Positions 28,567-36,605 of a stretch of DNA of 64,000 nucleotides are shown here, piece by piece. The stretch lies in assembly GCA_964402785.1 (NCBI GenBank), contig CAYODQ010000004.1:159-64158 (forward strand), written 5' to 3'. Source of the DNA: an uncultured Planctomycetia bacterium. GTDB lineage: Bacteria > Omnitrophota > Gorgyraeia > 2-02-FULL-51-18. A program made the position numbers and the translations under genes. Positions within the stretch are counted from its first letter, which is position 1; every line of letters begins with the position of its first letter. Under the pieces are notes generated by a model. The model worked only from the letters and a program-made list of their open reading frames with translations, searched no databases and was not told the origin of the DNA.

Positions 28567-29174
28567 AACAAGTTATTGTTGGGATCACGGGTGCAAGTGG
28601 CGCCATCATCGGCGAGAGGCTGGTTCGTTTTCTTTTGGAGGCGGATGTGACCGTGCACGCGGTGGTGAGCCCCAATGCCGTGGAAGTTTTTAAAGCTGAG
28701 CATGATCTGGAGCTCTCGGGCAATTTTGAGTCCATGCAAAAGAAATTCATGAAACATTTTGGCCATTCGAAGAAATTAAATGTGGTGCCATGCAATGATT
28801 TTGCAGCGCGCATTTCGAGCGGTTCGGCGCCTATTGATGCCATGGTGATCGCGCCCTGCAGTCTTTCGACCGTGGGTGCTATCGCAGCGGGGATCACCAT
28901 GAATTTGATCCAACGTTCAGCGAGTGTGTCGATCAAAGAGAAAAGACCGCTTATTTTGGTGCCAAGAGAGAGTCCGCTCAGCCCCATCCATCTTCAGAAT
29001 TTACTGCGTTTATCCGAGATTGGCGTGCACATTGTCCCAGCCACAACCGCCTTCTATCATCGTCCCAAAACAGTCGAAGATATGGTGGATTTTACGATCG
29101 GAAGAGTGCTTGATATTTTAAAAATAAAGCATAAACTATTCACTCGTTGGCGTGAAACTGCCCAAGAGGAATAG
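28563..29174 (+). CDS. ubiX: Flavin prenyltransferase UbiX
   Basis: VGITGASG, ISSGS, IAPCS, LVPRESP, AFYHRP. Confidence 0.95.
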   Translation: MKQVIVGITGASGAIIGERLVRFLLEADVTVHAVVSPNAVEVFKAEHDLELSGNFESMQKKFMKHFGHSKKLNVVPCNDFAARISSGSAPIDAMVIAPCSLSTVGAIAAGITMNLIQRSASVSIKEKRPLILVPRESPLSPIHLQNLLRLSEIGVHIVPATTAFYHRPKTVEDMVDFTIGRVLDILKIKHKLFTRWRETAQEE

Positions 29175-29207
29175 ATTGCCACGGCGCTTTCAGCGCCTCG
29201 CAATGAC
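29173..29207. repeat. Short REP-like palindromic element (GTCATTGCGAG...GGCAATCT type)
   Basis: AGATTGCCACGGCGCTTTCAGCGCCTCGCAATGAC between ubiX stop and mqnE start; ATTGC/GCAAT and GGCGCT/AGCGCC arms. Confidence 0.65.
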
Positions 29208-29217
29208 GGGGGATTTG

Positions 29218-30315
29218 ATGGAATTTGTAAGAGAATTTGCGGATATTTTTGACAAGGTCAAGGCCGGGATCCGTCTTTCGCAAGAAGACGGGGAGAGGCT
29301 GATCAGGTCTCACAATGTGCTCGAGTTGGGGATCATGGCTCAATATGCCAAAGAGCGCCTGCATGGCAAGAAAGTTCACTTCACTCACAGTATCAATGTA
29401 AACCATTCCAATATTTGCGTTCTTGAGTGCAAGTTTTGTGCATTTGCCAAAAAGAAAAAAGAGCCCGGCGCCTATCAGCTGTCCAATGACGAGATCGAGC
29501 GTAGGGTTGTTAACGCGGCCAAGCACGGTGTGTGGGAAGTGCATATCGTGGGCGGACTAGACCCCGAGCTTAAGCTTTCGTATTACGAAGAGATGCTAAG
29601 CCGCATCAAAAAAGCTTGTCCTGGAGTTTTGATTCAGGCATTTACTGCGGTGGAGCTTGATTTTTATGCTCGTCTTGAAAAGATCCCAGTTGAAGAAGTG
29701 ATCGATCGCTTGATCGCGGCTGGTTTGGGTGGTGTGCCAGGTGGCGGAGCTGAGATATTCAGCGAAAGAGCTCGGGCTCTTATTTGCGCACCCAAGATCA
29801 GTGCTACGCGTTGGCTAGGCGTGCACAAGCTTGTGCATGAGCGTGGGCTTAGATCCAATGCCACCATGTTGTACGGGCATGTGGAGACACCGGAAGAACG
29901 TGTGGATCATATGATCCGTTTGCGCGAGACACAGGATCAGTCCGGGGGTTTTCTGGCTTTTGTGCCACTGGCTTTTCAGCCGGAGAATAACGAGCTTTCA
30001 CATATACCACGCTCAAGTGGTATCACGGATATACAAGTTTTGGCCACGGCGCGTTTGATGTTGGATAATTTTCCGCATATACGCCAGCTCTGGAATTATG
30101 TGGATGAGAAGTTCATCCATATCGCCATGGACTATGGTGTGGATGATCTGGGCGGAACCAATTTTGATGAGATCATCGCCAAAGCCGCAGGCTCTGCATC
30201 CAAGGGCTTCACATATGATGAGCTGGTCGGCATGATCGAAAAATGTGGACGCATCCCGGTCGAAGTTAACAGCACCTACACTGATATCAACAAAGAGTGC
30301 CTCATCGCACAATGA
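29218..30315 (+). CDS. mqnE: Aminofutalosine synthase (radical SAM, CofH/MqnE family)
   Basis: NHSNICVLECKFCAF, EVHIVGG, AFTAVE, PGGGAEIF, SNATMLYGHVE. Confidence 0.88.
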   Translation: MEFVREFADIFDKVKAGIRLSQEDGERLIRSHNVLELGIMAQYAKERLHGKKVHFTHSINVNHSNICVLECKFCAFAKKKKEPGAYQLSNDEIERRVVNAAKHGVWEVHIVGGLDPELKLSYYEEMLSRIKKACPGVLIQAFTAVELDFYARLEKIPVEEVIDRLIAAGLGGVPGGGAEIFSERARALICAPKISATRWLGVHKLVHERGLRSNATMLYGHVETPEERVDHMIRLRETQDQSGGFLAFVPLAFQPENNELSHIPRSSGITDIQVLATARLMLDNFPHIRQLWNYVDEKFIHIAMDYGVDDLGGTNFDEIIAKAAGSASKGFTYDELVGMIEKCGRIPVEVNSTYTDINKECLIAQ

Positions 30316-31163
30316 CCGTAAGACTAGGCTCTATCGAATTTATCAACTCGTTGCCCGTGGATCTGGGGCTTCTTTCAGGTGAAGTTGCTTTTCCTGAGGC
30401 CAGGATCTATCAGGCGTCGCCCGCAGTTCTCAATCAAAAGATCTCCGAGGGCGTGTTGGATGTGAGCCCGATATCTGCTTTGTGGTATGCGCAACACGCT
30501 AGGAGCTTGTTTGTGCTTCCTGATCTTTCTATTAGCTCAGATAGCGCTGTGGATAGCGTACTTCTTTTCTCAAAACAGCATTGGTCAAAGCTTTCCGGCG
30601 CCAATGTGGCTATTTCAGGCAAGGGGAGGACCACGCCAGTGTTATTCCAGATTCTCTGTCGCGAGTTGTTTGGATTTAAACCGACGCTCCAAATGATTCA
30701 AGGAGAGATTTCGGATATGCCATCGGATGCCTCTGCGGTTTTGTTGATCGGTGATGAGGCTCTTCAGTTCAGAGAAAACCCGCTTTCCAGGAAATATCAG
30801 GTCGTGGATCTGGCGGAAGAATGGAAGCGCATGACGGGGTGGCCGTTCGTGTTTGCATTGTGGGTGGCGCGTAAAGCATTTTGGATGGATGATGCTGAGA
30901 AAGTATTGCGGACGCACCAGGCGATCTTGAAGTCGAAGTACTGGGGTCTTTTGCATCAGCGGATGATATTCAATGAGGCGGTGCAGCGCTCAGGATTGCC
31001 GAGTGAGACCGTACAGCGCTATTTTTCAAAATTATCTTATGGTTTCGATGACAAATTAAAAAGCGGGCTTCGTGTTTACTTTGAGCTTGCCAAAAAACAC
31101 GGTTATTTGAACGAAACGCCGCAACTTGAGATGATCGATAAAGATCTGGCGTTGGTTTCTTAA
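30312..31163 (+). CDS. mqnA: Chorismate dehydratase
   Basis: LGSIEFINSLP, V.SVLLFS, LLIGDEAL, DLAEEW...TG.PFVFALW. Confidence 0.9.
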   Translation: MTVRLGSIEFINSLPVDLGLLSGEVAFPEARIYQASPAVLNQKISEGVLDVSPISALWYAQHARSLFVLPDLSISSDSAVDSVLLFSKQHWSKLSGANVAISGKGRTTPVLFQILCRELFGFKPTLQMIQGEISDMPSDASAVLLIGDEALQFRENPLSRKYQVVDLAEEWKRMTGWPFVFALWVARKAFWMDDAEKVLRTHQAILKSKYWGLLHQRMIFNEAVQRSGLPSETVQRYFSKLSYGFDDKLKSGLRVYFELAKKHGYLNETPQLEMIDKDLALVS

Positions 31164-31175
31164 CCCAGGAGCATT

Positions 31176-32294
31176 ATGTCAATTCGGGAAATATTGAAGA
31201 AGGCGTGGGATGGTGAGCGTATCAATGTGGCTGAGGGTGCGCAGCTGTATCGCGAGGCCGATCTTTTTGAATTGGGCGTCGTGGCGGATGAACTCAATCT
31301 AAGAAAGAATCCAGAGTCTAAGTATCGCGCGACGTTTCTTGTGGATCGCAACATCAATTACACCAACATTTGCTACACGTATTGCAAATTTTGCGCCTTT
31401 TATCGTGAGCCGGGGGATGTCAAAGAAGGTTATTTGAGGTCCACTGAGGAGATCTTCCAAAAAATAGAAGAGCTGGTCGCTATCGGTGGCACGCAAGTGT
31501 TGATGCAGGGCGGGCACAACCCGCAGCTCGGTATTGAATTTTATGAAAAGCTGGTGCGGGATGTGCGCGAGCGTTTTCCGCAAGTGCATGTGCATTCCTT
31601 CTCCGCGTCTGAAGTCCAGCATATCTCGCGTGTTTCGAAGCTATCAATTCGTGATGTCCTCACGCGCTTAAAAGAGGCGGGGCTCAATAGTTTTCCAGGG
31701 GGTGGCGCAGAGATACTGATCGATCGCGTGCGCAACGAGGTCAGTCCCTTGAAGACCAAAGCTTCAGAATATTTTGAGATCCATCAAACAGCTCATGAGA
31801 TAGGCCTTATTTCTACAGGGACCATGGTTTACGGGTTGGGCGAGACGATCGAAGAGCGTATGATGCATTTGGATTCCTATCGTAAATTGCAGGATAAGAC
31901 GGGTGGGTTTAGAGCTTTTATTCCTTGGAGTTTTGAGTCCGAATCCACCGAGATGACCATGCCGCGTCGCACCGGATCGGAATATCTGCGCATGATAGCG
32001 CTTTGTCGGATTATGTTGGACAATATCCAGCATTTGCAGGCTGGCTGGGTGACCGAGGGTCCTAAACTTTCTCAGATAGCGCTTCGTTTTGGTGCGGATG
32101 ATTTTGGGGGGATCTTGATGGAGGAAAATGTCGTAAGCGCCACAGGATCCGATAAACTTTATTCCGGCGTGACAAAGGATGAGGCTATACGCCTGATCCG
32201 GGAAGCAGGCAAGATCCCAACCCAGCGAAATACCAACTACGAGATCGTAAAAGCCTATCCTGTCGAGATCGATTCTCCCATGGCTTTGGCTTAG
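31176..32294 (+). CDS. mqnC: Cyclic dehypoxanthinyl futalosine synthase
   Basis: VDRNINYTNICYTYCKFCAFYR, LMQGG, PGGGAEIL, AFIPWSF, FGADDFGG..MEENVV. Confidence 0.93.
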   Translation: MSIREILKKAWDGERINVAEGAQLYREADLFELGVVADELNLRKNPESKYRATFLVDRNINYTNICYTYCKFCAFYREPGDVKEGYLRSTEEIFQKIEELVAIGGTQVLMQGGHNPQLGIEFYEKLVRDVRERFPQVHVHSFSASEVQHISRVSKLSIRDVLTRLKEAGLNSFPGGGAEILIDRVRNEVSPLKTKASEYFEIHQTAHEIGLISTGTMVYGLGETIEERMMHLDSYRKLQDKTGGFRAFIPWSFESESTEMTMPRRTGSEYLRMIALCRIMLDNIQHLQAGWVTEGPKLSQIALRFGADDFGGILMEENVVSATGSDKLYSGVTKDEAIRLIREAGKIPTQRNTNYEIVKAYPVEIDSPMALA

Positions 32295-32309
32295 AAAAGG
32301 CCGAGTATC

Positions 32310-33416
32310 ATGGCAGTTCCTTTTATATATCTGGGTGACCAACATAAGCAGATCCGTCAAGAGGTGCTGCGCACACTTGCGCGTATCGCTGACTCACAGC
32401 TCTTTGTTCTGGGGGAGCATGTTCAGGCGCTTGAGCGGCGGATGGCTATTCGATGCGGAGTGCCGCATGCGATCGGCGTGGCCAATGGCTCAGACGCGCT
32501 TTTTTTATCGTTATTAGCGTTGGGGGTGGGCCCAGGCGACGAAGTGATCACCACACCTTTTACTTTTTTTGCATCCGCCGGATCCATCAGTCGCACGGGA
32601 GCCAAAGTTGTTTTTTGTGATGTGGATGCTAATACTTACAATATCGATCCGCAGAAAATAGCTAAGCGTGTCACGCCTCGCACTAAAGCAATTTTGCCTG
32701 TTCATTTATTTGGACTGCCTTCTGATATGGAGGCCATTCTTAAGATCGCGCGCAAACACCGCTTGTTCGTGGTCGAGGACGCGGCGCAAAGCTTTGGCTC
32801 ATCGTACAAAGGAAAACCAAGCGGCGTGTTGGGCGACACAGGATGTTTTTCGTTCTATCCCACCAAAAACTTGGGTGGTGCGGGCGACGGTGGAATGGTG
32901 ATCACGCGCTCTCAAAAGCTGGCGGATAAGATCCGTCTTTTGCGCAATCACGGCTCTTCGGTCAAATATCACCATGAAGTGGTCGGAATGAACAGCCGGC
33001 TGGATGAGATCCAGGCCGCGTGGATTGCCATCAAGCTGAAATATATCCATAAATGGAACGAGGCACGACGCAAACACGCGCGGGCGTACAATGCTGCGTT
33101 CAAAGGGCTTCCGATCCGCACACCGATTGAGCCTAAGGGCAGTGTTTCAAATTTCCATCTTTATACCATTCAAACCAGTCGGAGGGACGAGCTGGCATCG
33201 TATTTACATGAAAAAAAGATCGGCTGCGGGGTTTATTATCCCTTACCGCTTCATTTGCAGCCTTGTTATAAGGATCTGGGTCATCATAAAGGTGATTTTC
33301 CAGTAAGCGAACGGTTGGCATCCGAGGTCTTGTCTTTGCCCATGTATTCCGAGATGTCTGTATCGCAGCGCAGCGAAGTGATCCGTGCCGTGAAGAAATT
33401 TTTTGGTGGTCAATGA
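32310..33416 (+). CDS. DegT/DnrJ/EryC1/StrS sugar aminotransferase (WbpE/GnnB-like)
   Basis: VANGSDAL, EDAAQS, SFYPTKNLGGAGDGG, NSRLDEIQAA. Confidence 0.92.
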   Translation: MAVPFIYLGDQHKQIRQEVLRTLARIADSQLFVLGEHVQALERRMAIRCGVPHAIGVANGSDALFLSLLALGVGPGDEVITTPFTFFASAGSISRTGAKVVFCDVDANTYNIDPQKIAKRVTPRTKAILPVHLFGLPSDMEAILKIARKHRLFVVEDAAQSFGSSYKGKPSGVLGDTGCFSFYPTKNLGGAGDGGMVITRSQKLADKIRLLRNHGSSVKYHHEVVGMNSRLDEIQAAWIAIKLKYIHKWNEARRKHARAYNAAFKGLPIRTPIEPKGSVSNFHLYTIQTSRRDELASYLHEKKIGCGVYYPLPLHLQPCYKDLGHHKGDFPVSERLASEVLSLPMYSEMSVSQRSEVIRAVKKFFGGQ

Positions 33417-34156
33417 TCTGGGTATTTTTGCCTGCTTATAACGAAGAAATAGCATTGCCGCGGCTACTCAAAAAATTCGACGATGTTTTGAAGGCAGGCC
33501 CAGAGAAATACTGTGTCGTGATTCAAGACGACGGCAGCTCTGACGGGACAGCGGCTGTCGCAGAGAAGCTTTCTAAACAATATCCGATCACCGTGCTTCG
33601 TCATGAGAAAAATTTGGGTCTCGGCGAGACGATGCGTGACGGGTTTAATTATCTTGTTGGAAAGGTTTCTGATGAGGATGTGATTGTAACATTAGATTGC
33701 GATGATACACACGAGCCTAAATTTGTGCCGGCAGCTATTCAAAAACTTCGTTCTGGCTATGACTTGGTAGCTCTCTCGCGATTTTGTAAAGGGGGAGGGC
33801 AGGAAGGTTTGTCTGGGCTTAAAAGTATTTTAAGTATGGGGGCTGGGATTTTTTTAAAGATATTGTTTCCAATACGAGGCCTCCATGAATACAGCTGTAA
33901 TTTTAGGGTGTTTACCGGGGCTCTCCTTAAGAAGGCAGATAAAGTGCTGGGGAAAAATTTTATACAGCTGGCTCATTTGGGATTTGCAGTTTCTCCTGAG
34001 ATCTTGATCAGGATGCGAATGTTGGGCGCGAAGATAGCTGAGTCGCCATTTGTACTTCGCTACGATCAGAAGCCCACCGCAAGTAAAAATAACTCATTGA
34101 GGACGATCAGGGGTTATTTTGCATTGGCGCGTTTGTATTGGTTGAGAAAAGTTTGA
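33413..34156 (+). CDS. GT2 polyprenol-phosphate glycosyltransferase (DPM1/ArnC-like)
   Basis: LPAYNEE, DDGSSDGT, TLDCDDTH, SRF. Confidence 0.88.
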   Translation: MIWVFLPAYNEEIALPRLLKKFDDVLKAGPEKYCVVIQDDGSSDGTAAVAEKLSKQYPITVLRHEKNLGLGETMRDGFNYLVGKVSDEDVIVTLDCDDTHEPKFVPAAIQKLRSGYDLVALSRFCKGGGQEGLSGLKSILSMGAGIFLKILFPIRGLHEYSCNFRVFTGALLKKADKVLGKNFIQLAHLGFAVSPEILIRMRMLGAKIAESPFVLRYDQKPTASKNNSLRTIRGYFALARLYWLRKV

Positions 34157-35247
34157 TTTCGGTTAAGGATCAGATCTTACCACTGACATCGATGCGATTT
34201 TTTGCTGCATGGGCTGTATTTTTTTACCATGTCAGCTATTTTACAATGGGCACGGATTACTCAACGGCTTTGGCATATTTTTTTACTTACGGTTATGCCG
34301 GAGTCAGTTTTTTCTTTATCCTATCCGGATTTATTCTTACCCATAATTATCTTGAGCGGTTTAGGGAGTTAGATTGTAAGGCTGTGCGAAGTTTTTACAT
34401 AACAAGATTTGCTCGAATATATCCTACTTACATTTTATTTTTTGCAGCCTCACTTCCTTTGATGATGGAGGTGTTTCAACAGTCTCCGTCTAAGACTCTG
34501 ATCAAGGCGGCATGCCATGCTTTTGCGCTACAGAGTTTCGTTCCTTCTAATACGATTTCTCAAACATTCAACCCGCCGGCATGGAGCATCTCGGACGAGT
34601 TTTTTTTCTACGCAATGCTGCCTTTTATATTATATTTTCTAAGTTTTCTAAAATGGTTTGGTGCGAGGATGTGGTGCATAACAGCGGTCATGATATGGTT
34701 TTTGTCCTGCGCAGTTGCTTTTATTTTTAAGGATTCTCAGCTAGCCAATTGGTTTTTATATTTCTTTCCTCCATTTAGGCTCTTTGATTTTGTCCTGGGC
34801 ACCGTCATTTATTTCATATATTTACACACAAAGGATTTTAATATAATAAATAGCCGCTTGCGTTTTACCCTACTTGAAATTTTTTCGCTGACACTTTTGG
34901 CGGCTACGTTTACGTATTGTCACCGCATCGACAAGCCTTACCTTTGGACGGTGGTTTTTACGCCTAGCATGGGATTTGTGATCTACGTCCATAGCTTTTC
35001 TAAGGGCTTTGTTTCCAAGTTTCTATCCAATAACTTTTTGGTATTTTTGGGACATATTAGCTATGTTTTTTATATGTGTCACGTTCTTGTGTTGCTATAC
35101 ACAAAGACGTGGTGGCCGGAAATGTTTACACAGTCGCCCGAGATCATCACGATTGGTGCCCTGGGGCTGTCTTTGGGTATTAGCTGTATCTGTTATAAGT
35201 GGTACGAGATTCCGGTGAAGCAATGGATCAAAGAAAGGTTTGCCTGA
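34153..35247 (+). CDS. Acyltransferase family 3 (OafA-like O-acyltransferase)
   Basis: LTSMRFFAA..VF.YH, GVSFFFILSGF, RFARIYP, WSISDEFFFY, LGHISY.FY..H, YEIP. Confidence 0.9.
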   Translation: MISVKDQILPLTSMRFFAAWAVFFYHVSYFTMGTDYSTALAYFFTYGYAGVSFFFILSGFILTHNYLERFRELDCKAVRSFYITRFARIYPTYILFFAASLPLMMEVFQQSPSKTLIKAACHAFALQSFVPSNTISQTFNPPAWSISDEFFFYAMLPFILYFLSFLKWFGARMWCITAVMIWFLSCAVAFIFKDSQLANWFLYFFPPFRLFDFVLGTVIYFIYLHTKDFNIINSRLRFTLLEIFSLTLLAATFTYCHRIDKPYLWTVVFTPSMGFVIYVHSFSKGFVSKFLSNNFLVFLGHISYVFYMCHVLVLLYTKTWWPEMFTQSPEIITIGALGLSLGISCICYKWYEIPVKQWIKERFA

Positions 35248-36605
35248 TGCCAAGAAAGATCCACTATTCCGTGAGCCTCATCTCCCTTTTGCTTATTGGT
35301 TTGGCGACTGTCACCTGGCATGATGGAAACCTACCTCCGTTGAAGCCTGCCGTTCGACACGTTATTCTTGCCTTGTATGCCAGCTGGTTTATTTCTTATT
35401 GGCGCATCATCCATATCCGCGAAACTTCCATCGATTGGTCTCGTTTGTGGCCCTGGGTTGTTTTTCCTTCATTTTTTTTATGTTTTATGCCCCCCATTTT
35501 CTCTGGGGATCTGTACGAGTATCTGATCCGTGGGCGTATCCTGAGCATATACCATCAAAATCCATATGTTGCGTTTCCTGTAAACTTTCCAAATGATCTA
35601 TTAAGGCCCTATTCGATTTGGATCACAAACCCTGATGCGTACGGCCCTATATCCGTTTTTATCCAGACCTTACCCGCTGCCTTATTTCAACACTCTGTCA
35701 TGGGTATGATAGCCGCGTATAAATGTATTGTATGGCTATTTATGGTGGCGTCCCTTTATTTCTTTTGGAAAATAGTTCACCGTTTATCGTTAGCTGAGCC
35801 GGGGCGCATCTGGGCTGTTTTTGCTCTTTGTCCATTGATATGGGTGCAGGGGCTTATCGATGGTCACAATGACCTCCTCATGATGACGTTCTCAATCATC
35901 TCGCTGTACTTTTTTTTGCTCAAACAGCACGGAAAGGCTTTTTTCTTTTGGACTTGCGCATTTCTGATCAAATATACGGTGATCTTGCACTTGCCGTTTA
36001 TGATCCTTTTTGCTGTCCGAGAGCGCTGGGAAGAGGAGGGGCGTTTTCCTAAGGCATTTATTATGCGTAATCTACTGATCAATCTCTTGGTGGTGATATT
36101 GTTTTTTTTGCCCTTCTGGAAGGGAGTCGGGGTTTTTGGAGCGGTCTTGCATCACTTGGGCCAAGAGGACCCATTTTATACCAACACCATTCCTTATTTG
36201 ATTGAATGGGCTATGAATCGCGTCGGTCTGGTTGTGCCCGCCATGTGGGTTAAATGGGGATGTGTCGGCTTCTACGGAGTTGTCTATGCGTTACTTCTGG
36301 TTTGGTGTTGGCGCGTAAAAAATATAAATGATGCTGATTTTTATCGCATTGTGAGCCTAGCTTACCTTGGTTTTTATGCTTCTCTGTACAGCCCTCTGGT
36401 GCAATGGTATTTGGTTTGGGCTCTTTTTTGGATCATATTGGCTCGTTGGCCTAAATCCTTATGGCTTGTGGTGCTTTACTCTGCCGTGGGAGTTCTAGCT
36501 TTTTATAAGCGGATCAATTTCTTGATTGCTATCGCTTTAGTTTTTTACATGACGCTGTTTGTTTCCGATGCTGTGTGTGCTAAAATACAAAAACATGAGT
36601 CCTGA
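35247..36605 (+). CDS. GT-C glycosyltransferase, MptA/MptB (GT87)-like
   Basis: SGDLYEY..RGR, NPY, YGP, GHND.LM, IKY; polytopic. Confidence 0.7.
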   Translation: MPRKIHYSVSLISLLLIGLATVTWHDGNLPPLKPAVRHVILALYASWFISYWRIIHIRETSIDWSRLWPWVVFPSFFLCFMPPIFSGDLYEYLIRGRILSIYHQNPYVAFPVNFPNDLLRPYSIWITNPDAYGPISVFIQTLPAALFQHSVMGMIAAYKCIVWLFMVASLYFFWKIVHRLSLAEPGRIWAVFALCPLIWVQGLIDGHNDLLMMTFSIISLYFFLLKQHGKAFFFWTCAFLIKYTVILHLPFMILFAVRERWEEEGRFPKAFIMRNLLINLLVVILFFLPFWKGVGVFGAVLHHLGQEDPFYTNTIPYLIEWAMNRVGLVVPAMWVKWGCVGFYGVVYALLLVWCWRVKNINDADFYRIVSLAYLGFYASLYSPLVQWYLVWALFWIILARWPKSLWLVVLYSAVGVLAFYKRINFLIAIALVFYMTLFVSDAVCAKIQKHES

